Assembly (NCBI GenBank): GCA_907165135.1
Contig: OU015566.1
Location: 2,418,001-2,482,000 of the forward strand
Direction: 5' to 3'
Source of the DNA: Oikopleura dioica
Lineage: Eukaryota > Animalia > Chordata
Length of the DNA: 64,000 nucleotides
Shown: positions 38,500 through 50,761 of the stretch, piece by piece
Numbering within the stretch: the first letter of the stretch is position 1
Layout: every line of letters starts with the position of its first letter
Position numbers and translations under genes: made by a program
Notes under the pieces: model-generated
The model's database searches: none
Seen by the model: the letters and a program-made list of their open reading frames with translations, nothing else
Told to the model about the DNA's origin: nothing

Positions 38500-40999
38500 T
38501 TTTATCGGTTTTTTTTTCAATCGAAACCCTTTTTCGTTCGTCGGCGATCTCTAGAAAATGATCGTAACTTATTTCTTGTCTTTTGTATCAAAGACTTATG
38601 GCCAGAAAACCGGCGCCTGGGAGATTTTATATCACTCGCGTATGTTTTGAGTCCAATCGTGAATTCGTATGCGGCGCCAGCAAGCTCCGATGAAGAAAAA
38701 ATTGAACACGATGAGCACGAGCTGTGTTGTGTTAAATAAAGATTTCATGAATGATTTGACATCATTATCATCATCATATCGCGCGATGACAACGTTCACG
38801 GAAATTCGTAAGAGGTGATAAGATAGTGAGTTTTAGAGGCATTGCTCAATGAGTCAAGTTTTGATTATCTCGGCCCGAGATTCTTGATTTTTGTCGATCT
38901 TTTTTCAAATTCTTCAGGCTTAAGGGTGTCATCAACGATTTTGGGCATATTTTCATTCACTTTTTCCGCACCCTCCCTTAAGATTTTTGATCTTTTTTTA
39001 TGCTCATTAGTAGAATTCAACCTTTGAATGTCTGTTCCTGGCGTCATTTGGACGCTCTTCTGCGGTTGCTGTGTTCAGTTCGACGACCAGATTTCATCCG
39101 TTACTACTCTTGAGCAGATGATGACCTGCTTTTCTGAGCGAGCTCTGAAGAAATCAACCTCTTTTTGGGCGTCGCCTGATTTGGAGAAAGACGAGCACTT
39201 TCTCTGCGAAAAAAGATCTTGACCAAAAAAATGCACTTCCATGAATTGGTTGAGTCCAGAAATACGCAGAAGCTTGTTCTCGATGATAGCTTATTTTAGT
39301 AGCATATTCGGGAAATAGCGTTTTATTTCTTGAACAAAACGTAATCGTAGTCCACGGACAACGTTTATGAAACAAAATAAATCAAAGAGCATTCTCGTAA
39401 ACGTACTACACGACACTGATTTGATTCAATTTTAGAAAAATGCTCAGTCGACAGGAATCAAAGTGGGGAATGCGATCTTGCTACATTTTGAGCTACATTT
39501 GATAGGGGATAAACCGCTGTAAGTCGACATTTCTGATTTTAGCCCGACATGATTTTTCGTTGATTTGGTTCGTCTATGCCGCGGTTTTCAATTGTTTTAA
39601 GAAAAATTATTTTTTTAAAATTAAAAAAAAATTATTTTTAAAAAATTATTTCAAAAAAATCATATTTTTAAGAAATTATTTATTTTTTTTTTCTTTCATT
39701 CTTCAGAAAAAGTGAACTGTTTGTCCAGCTGACGTTTCCAAAAAGCAGATCCAATTTCCGTCATTTAATTTTTAATTCGATTTCGAATTTGTTGATGCTC
39801 TCTACAGGGCGGGGGTCGATTCTCGCAAAAAAATAACCTGATCGCGGCGAGGTTTTGGATTCAACATTGCAACCTCATGGCTTTAGATAATCTTTAGTCG
39901 AAATCGAATTTGACCAAAATTGAGTTCCAGGAAGACGACTTTTTAAAAAAAGTTTGTTGATAGCCTAATTCGCACGAGAGACACGTTCGAAAACGTGGAA
40001 TAAGTTTGCAGAAATTGGTAATTACGATAATTTATTTGTTGAAAATCGACCGGTTTTCATTTTGAGCGTTTTATTCGATCTCCTGCTGTGAGCCAAGTGT
40101 TTGAGAAAATATTGCCTTTTCGCTTTTTCGCGCGCTCTAGAAATTCTTCTCTCTCGGCAGTGTGGTTCTTGTAGTTTTTGAGTCGGCGGTCTTTTTCTAT
40201 CGTTCTTTTTCCGAGCTTCTTTGACGAAAAAATTGAAATAAAAAGAAACCATAAGTAAGATTTAAGTTTTTTCTATATTTACTTTTTTCTTCCTAATGAA
40301 TGCGAAATTAATTTATCTAACAATTTATCTATTGGATAAAGTTCAAGGCCGCGTTTGGTTAGGGTTCTCTTTTAGTGCTTCCATTCGACATATCATATAT
40401 GATACATATGTATGTTCAATGGCGCACTTTTTTTAAGGTGGGCCAAGTTATTTCTCCCACTTTTTCATTACCTGGACAATCATATATATTTAGAGTCAGC
40501 TAAAAAAATCTCGAAACTTGACCTTTTTTCTTTCTCGACCCTAGCCGGCTAGAGCAAAATTTCAAACGCATTATTCGAGCTCTCTCAGTTATCATTATAT
40601 AGCCACCACATGTGTAATATCTTGAAGGCGGTAAAGAGGTCTCTCAAAGAAGGGGTACTCATTAATTATTGTCTACCTGTGGCTCGAGAAATGAATGATT
40701 GAAAATTTGAAAAAGGCGCCATACAGTACTGTATGGCCCATACATTAAATATTTTTTAGAAAAAAATTACATTGATGAACGATTATTATCTTGTATCGAT
40801 TAAATAATTTGTTTTTAACCATTATATGGAGAATACCAAATTTCAAGTACAATTTTTGAGTCGCCAATAAGATTGCTGTATTACTACCAGCAAATCAAAA
40901 TGCTTTCCGTAAAAACCAGATCAAAAATAAATTCATTCTTTGCTATTATTTCCATATTTTGGTTTCACTCAAAAACTTAAATTATAATAAATTTAACCG

Positions 41000-43900
41000 A
41001 AATTTTATAAACTGAGGAACTGTGTTTGTTGCTCGTCTTACTTTTAAAGCCCGTTCCTAGCACGAATAAATTGCTGCTCTTTTCCAGTGATAAAATTGCC
41101 CCTTCCATCGGTGAAAAACAAGATTGGCGGTTGCTTCGGCTCCTCGAAGTAGAAATCCTTCTCGACGGCTTAAAAATTGCTGTTTGGTATTGAAACACTT
41201 TTGGATTTAACCTTTTATTTTCTGAAAATAGTCGGATTGATTCTCGCTGAGCTGGCTTCCGATGAAACTCTTTGAGCGTTTGATTGATGATTTTGTTGCG
41301 GAGGATTTTCGTGTGTATGCACTAGAATTAAGAGTAAATAATGGACAAGATGTGATTTGGTAACTGGTCGAATACAGTGTTCTCATTGGCCGAAAGCTTG
41401 AAACTAACATCTGATTGGCTTGTTGCTCAAATTCGAGCCTGGGCTAAAAACAAGTTTCTGATTGGCCGATCGGACAAATTCAGAGAATGGATTGGCCGAA
41501 AGTACAAAAACTCGATTTTGATTGGCCAATTCAAACCTCTGAGTAAATTGCCGCCTCATATTGTATTCATCCGAATCCATGGAGCTCTTCGACGTCACTG
41601 GAGAATAGTTTTCTTCTTCCAAATCATCATCGCTTTCCAAATCGTAAAGCCCATTCAGTAGCTGGCCCATTTTTTCGTTCTTTGCATCTTGCTGGAGAAG
41701 CACTTTTGTCAGCTCTATTGAAGTCCTTGCTTCGCTGAAAAAAGAGTGTTTTAAGAAAAAGAAAGAATTTTTGAACTTACTGTGTGTTTTTTCTTCCGTG
41801 AAATTTCTGCATGAAATTTCTGAAAAAAAAAGTTATCATTTAAATAACGAGAAACCCTATTGATGTTCAACTTTACTACACGAGCACGATATTTTAACAC
41901 GATAAATACACGCGTAAATTTCGTGGCGCTGGTTATGTTATTTTCGGGTTCGGCAAGTGTGGCGGTGGCGAGTGTCGTTTTTGGGCTAAACAGATGCAAA
42001 CTATTTGCCAAACGGATTCTACAAAATTGGGTTTATTTTCAATACGCGTTGGATGGCCATCCACGTACTTTTTTATGAAATCGGCATGTTCACCAACTAA
42101 TCGAGTGAAAACAACACTTCATAAAGAGTAAATCTAGCAAGACTTCTACTATTTTGGCGTTCTGGGGGGACGTAGTCTATGTGACACATAGATTGGGTTA
42201 TTTAACAATTTATGACGAAAATTATTTCCCATTTTTAGAAGCCATCTTACCTAACATCGCGGCGATAAGTTTCGGCAAATGTCGAATCGATAACAGGTTC
42301 TTTCTTCCGGCCCGAGCTCGGTCGAGATAAAGTGACGGCATGTTTTACTGCTTGAACGCGAGTCCATTTTGAGCCTAATCAAATCGCTATCTCGCAATTT
42401 GCGATTTTTCTACTCAAAATGTCGAAATGAGTCATTGCTTACCGAGCTTGTTAATTTCCGCCTGGTGGCGCCCTGCATCTCTTCTCTGTCTTTTCATTGG
42501 CTGTCAAACGAAGCAGGCTAAAAAGGAAATAGGGATTTTGAAGCCCAAGCCTGGCCTGGTATCGGCTGTTTTGGACGTCGTGAATCGCCATTTGGGTTGA
42601 GTAAATGTCTCTAAGAGCGGATTTTCGCCTGGTTGAATCTCGCTCGAACGCATTTCCAGTAATTTCCTTTTCTTGGTTATCTTCGATACAGGGGTCTGGA
42701 TTTTGGCCAAAAATGAAAAGCGAAAGCGAAGCGAAAGCGAAAATTTTTCAAAAATTTTAAGCGAAAGCGAAGCGAAGCGAATCAAAATTTCGTGAGCGAA
42801 AGCGAAGCGAAGCGAAAAATTTTTCTAAAAAGCGAAAAAAAGCGAAAATTTTCCGGAAATATTTAACCTTTGAGAAAGTGTCCATTTCAAGTATGGTTTC
42901 ATTTTTATTACTTTTTGGACGGTGGTCTCAGTTTGCCCGCGTCGCCGTTTACCCAAGTCGCCGTCTCCCAAAATCGTCGTTTACCTTACTTTGGGGAACG
43001 GAGATCTTGGGCAAACGGCGATGAGAATATATTTATATAGATTGATAATTAAACATTGTTTGGCTTCTCAAGCGTCAATCTTGGCCTCATCAATGCCAAT
43101 CCTGGCTTCACATATTTCAATCATGTCTTCTTCAATTTCATTAAAATTTTATCAATGATGTCTTATCCATCGTCAAGTCTGCTTTCAACATTTTCAATTC
43201 TGGCTTTACCGACTTCAATCATGGCTTTTCCAATCTCAATCCCGGGTTTATCGACGTCAATTACGACTTCTCCAACGTCAATCGTGGCTTCTCCAATTAA
43301 TCTAATCTTGAATAAGCCATGATCGACAACTGAGAAGCCGGAACTTACGTCTGAGAGGCTAGGATTGAAATAAGTGACGCCCGGATCGGTGTTGCCGGGA
43401 TTGATGTGAAGCCGGGATCGATGCTGGAGATGCCAAGATTGATATTTAACCAACCAGGATCGACGTCTGAAAAGCAAGGATCGAAGTTTTGAAGCCGGGA
43501 TTGAAGATGGTGATGTCAGGATTGATTGTGGAGAGGCCAATATATGAAATTATAAGATCAATCAATTTAAATTATAATACATCGCCGTTTGTCCCATTCG
43601 CCGATTCCTCAAGTTGGGCAAACAGAGATCTTGGGCAAGCGGAGACCACTCCATTCGGACTTCCGCTCCGATTTTTCAAATTGCAAATTTTCTAAGGTTA
43701 GTGAGCTGAAGAGGCTGTGTGGCTCAGCTCAGGTCAATCATTTCTAAATATTGACTGCCTTGCTCAGATTAATTGAATGAATTTGAAGAGTCAGCTCAGC
43801 TCAATGATTTTTTTGGGAAGGACAGCTGAGCTCCTGGGCTCGGCAACCTGAGTACAGGGTCAGGGTCAGGGTCAGGGTTAGAAAAAATTTTCTTGATATT

Positions 43901-45050
43901 TACTCAGGTACTCAGGTCAGGGTTTCTCACTCAGTCAGGTACTCAGGGTACTCAGTCAGGCCTGCTCAGACTCAGGAACTCAGGTCAGGGTCAGGTGCCT
44001 GACTCAGGCCAAAACTCAGGGTTTTTCCACACATCAATTTCATTCTTCGCAGATAACATATAACCTTTAATCACAAAATCGCCAATAAGATGGAAAATCA
44101 CTGTATTTTGACCCCCTTGACGTTGCAAATTGACTCTTTTTTGTGTTTTTTTCGCTTACTCAGGCCCTGTGTGAGCAACTCAGGCCTGTCTTTTAACTCA
44201 GGTCAGGGTCAGGCTCAGGGCTTTTTTTCTCGGGCCTCGATTTTACTCAGGCACACAGGTCAGGGCCTGTGTACTCAGTACTCAGGGACCTGACTCAGGG
44301 TTTTACTCAGGTCAGATTGCCGAGCCCAGCTGAGCTCAGCGCATCTCACAATATTGGCTACTTTGAAAACAGTAAAATTTCTCTCAGCACAGCTTTTGCA
44401 AGTGCCAGCTGAGCTCATTCAGCAAAATTTCCACTTGAGTTTAAGCTAAAGCTAAGCAAAAAAGGCGAAATTTTCAACTCCTGGAAAGAATTCTTTTGAG
44501 CGAAATTTTCGCGAAAATTTTTAGTAAAAAGCGAAAGCGAAGCGAAGCGAATTGAAATTACAAAAGCGAAAGCGAAGCGAAGTGAATTCGCTTCGCTTCG
44601 CTTCGCTTCGCTCATGAGCGAATTCGCAAAGCGAATCCAGACCCCTGTTCGATATAAAAGTCCATGATTTCTTATTTCGAATTCTCAAAATCCTGAAAAT
44701 CAAAAAAAAATTTTTTTTGAATTCCTTCCTAAAAAGCTCAAAACGACCATTTTTCTCTTCCAATCTCCCGGATACCGGTATTCTCTGAAGAAAGAAAAAA
44801 GATCTGAGAAAGAAAAACCAAGTGCCTTAGCTCTAGAGAGGTGTTTCTGAGTTTGCTTCAGCTGCGTTTCAAGTTGCCAGAAACTCCCGCTTCGTTTCAT
44901 CTTCTTAAGTTTTCTGTAAATAAAAAAACAAAATCTCGACTTCTTCGCTGTCAGAAGATTATTTTTTCTTGCCTCCCAGTTTTTATACTGTTTCTGAACT
45001 AGAGTTTATTTTTTCATGTACTTGAGTGGCGAATTTGACATCCTTAATTC
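41000..45050 (-). CDS. Multi-exon gene of unknown function, interrupted by a nested transposon; possibly a pseudogene
   Basis: Exon-like blocks at ~44920-44823, ~44785-44730, ~44690-42440 (split by the TE), ~41735-41535 (EARTSIELTKVLLQQD...RRQFTQR) and ~41400-41215. The frame across the TE is ambiguous. Confidence 0.4.
42920..43651. mobile_element. Nested hAT-like element carrying inverted 21-bp repeat arrays
   Basis: Inverted ends GTGGTCTCAGTTTGCCC (42922-42938) / GGGCAAGCGGAGACCAC (43633-43649), with subterminal TCGCCGTTT motifs. TSD degenerate (5/8). Confidence 0.6.
43834..44329. mobile_element. Nested TIR element, CTGGGCTCGGCA family
   Basis: TIR CTGGGCTCGGCAACCTGA / TCAGATTGCCGAGCCCAG. 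Perfect 8-bp TSD CTGAGCTC. Internal ACTCAGG/CAGGGT repeats. Confidence 0.9.
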
Positions 45051-45761
45051 GCGCTTATCTTTTCTCAAGAGAGTATGATTATTTACTCGAAAAAATCATA
45101 AATTTTTATTTTTCGTAAAAACAAAATTCGAAATTTAATAACAAAATAAAATTTTTAATACAAAAAATAAAAATTTTTTATAAAAAAAATTTGAGAATTT
45201 TTAAAAATTTTTGAGCATAAAATTTTTCTTTTTTGGCGAGTTTCAAAATACCTCAAAATTTCTCTTCTTGAAAATATTTTTAAACAAGCGACTAATCGAT
45301 CATGAAGCGTTCAAAAGTTCGACTTCATTCAAGTGCAAAACTAACAAATTAACCGTTTTACACAAAGCAAGCTGAATAGTGATCACATGGCGACCGATTG
45401 TAATTCGCCTCCGGTATTTGACAGGAAATAGGAAATAGAGCTTCTTTTCAAAGTTTTTATTTTGCGTGATACGGTATTATCTTTTCGATTTGCGTCATTT
45501 TTGATGAGTTTCAAAATTCATTTAGCTAAAATTATGAAATTGAATTCGCAAAGTGTATTGATTTTCGAGCTGAAGCAAGAACACGGGCTTTATATAATAT
45601 ATGATAAGCCAAATACAGCAATCTTATTGGCTGCCGAAAAATTCAGTTAATGGCTTGCCACATTTTTCCTCTTTGATCCCGAAGCGATCCCTAAATTGTA
45701 TAATCAACAAATCTCCGGCAAAAAGCGTTCGTCATTGACCAAAACAAGATTCAAAAGCAAA

Positions 45762-47982
45762 ATGTTAAAAGATTTTTTCTTCAGTTTTTCTCTTTTTGCA
45801 ACATTTTTCTTTCCACTTTTATGGGTGGCCTTGAAATCAAACAGAGAAACCTTTACCTCAGCGAAAATTGAAGACATAGAAGACATAGAAGAACTACCTC
45901 CTGCAAAGAATATTCTGCTCTTGACTGGTTATCGAACTGGATCGTCCTTTTTGGCGGAGATTTTTAACCACAACGAAAACATTTTTTATGAACGGTTTCT
46001 TTTCTATGATTTTTATTCGAAAGCAGCGATAACGTAGTTCACAATCGAAATTAACAGCCCAAGTACACCTGCAATGAAGGTGATCCACACTCGTTTCTCC
46101 ATCTTTTCGAGAACTTCTTCCGTCTCCAACCCGTCTTTTTCGTCTTCTTGTTTTTCGACAATGAGTACAATGTCGATGAAACCGTAGACAACTTGGAGCA
46201 CGATGCTCAAAGCTGCCAAGGACATTTTCAAAAGCATTGGGTAGTCCTCGCAGTAGTACACAGTTCTTTCTGAAATTATAAATTAGACCAATTAACGAGT
46301 GTCTTTTCCCCTGACTTACGTTGACTTGCCAAAGTAGCTCGACATTCTTCACCGGACAGATCATGGTCACAGATTCGCCCGCAGAATGTGTACTTCTCGA
46401 TTTCATTCCTGAATTAATCCCCTGAAATATGATTCGATATTGATGAAACATACTTGAGCATGATGAAATTTCCAACAACGAGGGCTGAATTCAAAGCAGC
46501 AGTGTTGAAAGCATTCATTTTTCTTGCTGTTTTTTGGCTTTCCTCGCTGAAAATTTAGATATTTATCGAAAAAAAATCATAAATTTATCAATTAAATTAT
46601 AACTTTTTTAACCATCATCTTCGTTTTCGTACCTCTCATCGTCCTTTGTAGCCTCAGTTTGAGCAACAGAAGGAGTAGGTTGTTGAATCTCCTTCCCGGG
46701 ATTAATACTCTTTGCTCTTTTTGTTACTGCCATTCTGAGCGAAAATTTTCTCTAGCCCGGGCTCACGATCGGTCACTTTTACTTATGATTCATAAGTTAT
46801 GAACCTTATGTTAAAGGATCATCCGCAGTCGTAAATTCCGCGAAAGCCGTCTTTCACATAGACTCATTGTTGGATACTTTATTACGGAAGTAAAATGGAA
46901 ACTTAGCAGCCATATAGCTTTATTGGTAATTGCGCCGTTTATTTACAGTAGATTTCAGTTTAAAGAAAATTTTTCTAAAAAAAAGAAACCGAGTTTGAAG
47001 CTTTTTGAGCCTGATCATATTGTTTTGGGGACAAGAAAGTATCGTGAAAAACGACATGAAGAAGAATGGGCTTCTTTCATTTTGGATCTTTTTCGGTGTA
47101 ATTTAACCGACCCAGGATTAAGATATGATGATGGTCGGATAGGAATGGAATCGATTCTCAGAGAAACAAGGGTTAGGGTTAAGGAAGCTTTTCTTAACCC
47201 GTTACCGCGCGGGAGGCGTAAAAATGCCTTCTCGCCAATAAGTACGCAGTATTTCGAGCCTCGGGGCGTGTCGAAGCCGCGAAATTTCTACGCGCTCGGC
47301 AACGGGTTAACCCGTTTTTGTATCTGATTTTTTGGTCCCTTTTGAAAGTCTTCTACGATAAACCAAATGCGCTCAAATCAAGCGATCTGAAAGAAAAATC
47401 ATCTGAAGAGGCCCTGACGAAATTCTGCCAGAAAAACGTGCGAGTGATAAAAACCATTCAAGATGGCGACATTGGAGTGATTTTACGAGAAGCAGAGAGG
47501 CGTGAAGTGGATTTGAGGGTCATTCTCTACTTCCGGTAACGATTTGTTAAATAAGCAGTTTGCAGATTATTATTTTTAGCGATCCAAGGCCCGTTTATTT
47601 GAGCCGGTTGAGGATTGCCGCCGCGGCGTCTCTTTTCTACAACATCAAAATTTTTTGTGAACGTAAACTCGAGCAGTTAGAATTTCTGAAAGAAAATACT
47701 CATCTTCATTCAAGGCTGAAAATCGTCAAATTTGAAGATTTTGCGATGAAGCCAAAACAACAGACAAAAGCGATCTACGATTTTTTGAAGCTAGAATTTC
47801 CGATTTCCGTTGAAAAGTGGCTGGTAGAGCATACGACTCAATCGGATGAAGATACTTTTGGGACATCGAGAAACTCGGCTGAAATTATTTCGAAATGGAA
47901 AAGTGAAATAACGCAGGAGCAGAAAATTCCGATTGATTTTATCTGTGCGGATTATTTAACTGAGCTCAAATACGACATCTGA
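45762..47982 (+). CDS. Carbohydrate sulfotransferase (Gal/GlcNAc-6-O-sulfotransferase-like), type II membrane protein
   Basis: N-terminal TM. 5'-PSB motif LLTGYRTGSSFLAEIF, then NIFY|LFEP, VIKTI, 3'-PB motif FR|DPRPVYLSR, VKFEDF and SRNSAEIISKWK. Exons: 45762-45989, 47001-~47170, 47350-47536, 47580-47982. Confidence 0.9.
46013..46733 (-). CDS. NINJ: Ninjurin-like two-TM protein nested antisense in sulfotransferase intron 1
   Basis: Four phase-compatible GT-AG exons: 46733-46633, 46546-46454, 46408-46320, 46269-46013. ALVVGNFIMLK resembles the ninjurin ALLMANASQLK helix. LSIVLQVVYG and LLISIVNYVIAAFE resemble the two ninjurin TM segments. Confidence 0.75.
47198..47306. mobile_element. 109-bp piggyBac-type MITE
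   Basis: TTAA|CCCGTTACCGCGCG ... CGCGCTCGGCAACGGG|TTAA. CCC/GGG termini with TTAA duplication. Confidence 0.85.
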
Positions 47983-48014
47983 CACAGAAAATAACTGAAA
48001 TTGATGTTATTCTG

Positions 48015-48881
48015 TTATTCAAGTCGAAAAGCTTTGAAATTTCTTCGCAATTTTTCAGTTTTTCTTCTGCAAGATCGGAGTTCCTCGACAAACTCCCGCT
48101 CATTGAAGAATTTATGCTCAACGAGGCTCTCGGGAAGAGCTTGGCTTGGTTCGAAAGTTGCCTTCTTCTTTTTTCCTCTTCCCAAAGTCTGGTTGTTCAC
48201 TTGTGTCTAGAGAAAAATCAGCCCCTTTCTATACTTTTCGACGAACCTTGACGGGTGGCAGAAGCATTATTTTTCCATCGCAATTGACGTTGTAACCGAT
48301 TTTTCGGAGCGTAATTGACATGTATTGAAACTCCTTTTTTGCCTTTGAAATTTGATCTTTGATCATTTTATGCCGGTAGAAATCATCCAAGCATTTGAAG
48401 TAGAGTCGGCAGGAGTTGCAGAAGAACTGGGTCTCCTTGATGTCCACGACATAGCGAAGCCGAGCGGGGCACGTGATTCGCCAGCTGTAGGTTGGGATTT
48501 TTGTTAAAGAGCTTGAAAGACCCGTTAAAGGATGATATTTTATCCTACAAAACTTACCAGGGAACAATCTTTTGCAATCCGGAAAACTCCTTTCTATCTA
48601 CTGTCGACGCCCCGTAGGATCGAATCGTTCTTGCTGTTCTAGTAGATCTTGCCGAAACGCTCATTTTTTCTCTTTTAGAGAAAAAGAAAAGATCGCGTTG
48701 GTTTTATACCTTCTATCATTTTGATATTGGCTATCTTGTTTGTCTTTGTAAGTTGTTTTTCGCGCCGCGTGAAACTGTCAAATAACGACACTTCTTCTTG
48801 ATCCAACAATCCAGGATCCTCCAAAATTTTGCAGGCAAGCTCTAGAATGATTCTCTGTTGACCAATTATTTTTGAAAGCAT
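48015..48881 (-). CDS. Probable gene with one C2H2-like zinc finger
   Basis: Three adjacent minus-strand ORF blocks. The middle one contains FFCNSCRLYFKCLDDFYRH. Splice junctions not resolved. Confidence 0.45.
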
Positions 48882-49012
48882 AACTAGTTGATAAATATGA
48901 GCGAAGGGGGCTCTAAGAAATTAATAGTTTTATGAATGGCATCTAAAATGGTTAAAGTTGAATTTTTGGTCAATTTTGGAAGTTTTGATGCCCTTTAGTT
49001 TTCTGTGTCGCT

Positions 49013-49656
49013 TTGCTTTGTGGTGGTCTCATAGCATTTTTGACTCAGAGCAAAGGGGACAGAAGCGTTAATGTTTACGAAATAACGACAACATCTACGA
49101 ATACATTCACATTTACAACATCAACAACTTCAACGACGATGACGACAACACAGACAACAACGACATCAACGACCCCGACAACAACGATAAACTACAAGAA
49201 ATGTGTTTCCTTCGCTATGACTGGTGGCGACTATGAGCGAGTCGACCATGAAACCGCGCAGTCGAGATGCGAAGACATTGGGGGTTATCTTTCATTCTTT
49301 TTGACTCAAGACGAGCTTGACCACTTCAACAACGAGCGCGAAACTTTAGGCAGAAAAGAATGGCTAGGAATTGTAAAGAATCAAACTACACAAGTCTGGC
49401 AAACTGTAACAGGTTATAAATACTGTTGGGTTAAGTTTTGATGTAGTCTTTAGGGATTAACAACACGATATTCGATTGGACGACCAACGAGCCAAACAAT
49501 GTCGGTGGAGTTGAAAATTGCATTGAGCGATACACTTATGGAACTTGGAATGATGAGCCTTGCAACCAACTTGAAACATTTTCGTGTCGACTTGAAGAAC
49601 TGGTCCCGGATCACCTGAATTGTTCTACTGATTATTTCTTGGCGAACGGCAATTAA
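49013..49656 (+). CDS. C-type lectin with Thr-rich mucin stalk, start uncertain
   Basis: Hydrophobic N-terminus and poly-Thr tract. AQSRCEDIGGYL, WLGI, then after a GT-AG intron W...EPNN...ENC...WNDEPC...C. EPN/WND is the mannose-type Ca-binding signature. Confidence 0.85.
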
Positions 49657-50761
49657 ATTAGTCAAAAATTAATTTAGTCAAAAATCAGTTGTGTGGAAAA
49701 TCAAGATGAAAAAAAAAATTCGATAATCTTATCTGAAAAAGTTTTTTTTTTGTTCACGTTTTTTTATCAATAATCTTGTGTTAATATCTACGATTCAATT
49801 ATATCTGATAGCAACTTCTTTTATTCTCTTTGTCATAGATATAAACTTGTCTAACTGACGAGTGAGAAATAGTCCGACCTTCATGTTACATTCACGTAGT
49901 TCTTTGATGTTTGGAACATCAAGCTGTTGATCAAATAAGCCCACTCTCAAAGTTCTTTCTGTACGCTCACGATCAATTTTAAAAATTCTTTTGAGTCCCC
50001 TTTGAAGACATGGTTTTTATCTGGCATTGACGATAATCAATCAGACCAGAGTTAAAGCAGAACGAGTTATGCTCAGAGTATCTAAAATATATAGCAGTAT
50101 ATAACTGCAGACTTTCTTGAGAATAAAAAGAACTGCTGAAGTTCGTGCTCTCTATTTAAAAACAAAATAATCCATGTGAAAATTGTTACCTTACTCATTT
50201 GACCGGCAACGGATCATTCTAAGTCCGACAACCTTTTACGTTGACTTTTCACAACGTAAAAAAGTGATTGACAAGCAGTGACATAATTTCATGGCATAAT
50301 TGATGGCATCTCTTTATTACAAACAAAATATCAATTGCCATGATGAACGTCACAAATCTTGTACTGATTACCCCGCTTTCCTAAAAGTCCTACTAGCTAA
50401 ATCTGACTAATGCGAACCGGTATTTGAGAGCGGCAAAGATCTTAAACTGACAACTTTTGAAAGGTTGACATGAACAGCTTCAAAATAACAAGTCAAGAAC
50501 GCAATGTGTTCACAAATTACTCGTTTCTCATCTTGACTCATATAGACCGACTTTTTGATGTAGAAAGACCTTTGAATGGTAAGTGTCTTTTGAATATGAA
50601 ATTAGTGCTTTATTAACAAGCAAGCAGAAATAATGAAAAATACAGGTCAGTAAAATAAAAAGGAATCATAAGCATGGTGCATTCTTGGTAATTTTAGGAG
50701 CTCTACTATAACGAGTAAGGTCTGACAATTTTCTTGGGGCAGAAGTTATAATCGCGAAGGC

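Larger units (their letters stand above)
42689..44647. mobile_element. hAT-type non-autonomous element (outer shell of a nest)
   Basis: 14-bp TIR CAGGGGTCTGGATT / AATCCAGACCCCTG, flanked by a 7-bp direct repeat TTCGATA. Subterminal GCGAA(A)GCGAA arrays on both arms. Confidence 0.85.

Noticed and set aside
38924-38977. TTAA-GGGTG...CTCCC-TTAA mini-element
   Set aside because: Poor terminal match and it overlaps a plausible minus-strand coding frame (38865-39047). May be chance.
38865-39400. Possible minus-strand gene
   Set aside because: Protein-like fragments in different frames with no resolvable splice pattern or motif.
43856-44300. Short periodic repeats as a CRISPR array
   Set aside because: Eukaryotic context. 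The units are transposon subterminal repeats without unique spacers or cas genes.
47170-47182. Telomere-like GGGTTAGGGTTA
   Set aside because: Only two units, inside an intron; not an interstitial telomeric array.
47130-47349. Sulfotransferase intron 2 as a stem-class intron (AAGGG/CCCTT, TTGAAAG acceptor)
   Set aside because: Only 5 bp pair, and an in-frame phase-1 GT donor exists near 47134. Left as ambiguous.
49700-50700. Minus-strand exon-like fragments (KIDRERTERTLRVG, MSQDEKRVICEHIAF)
   Set aside because: Interrupted by stops and frameshifts; no coherent gene model or motif.
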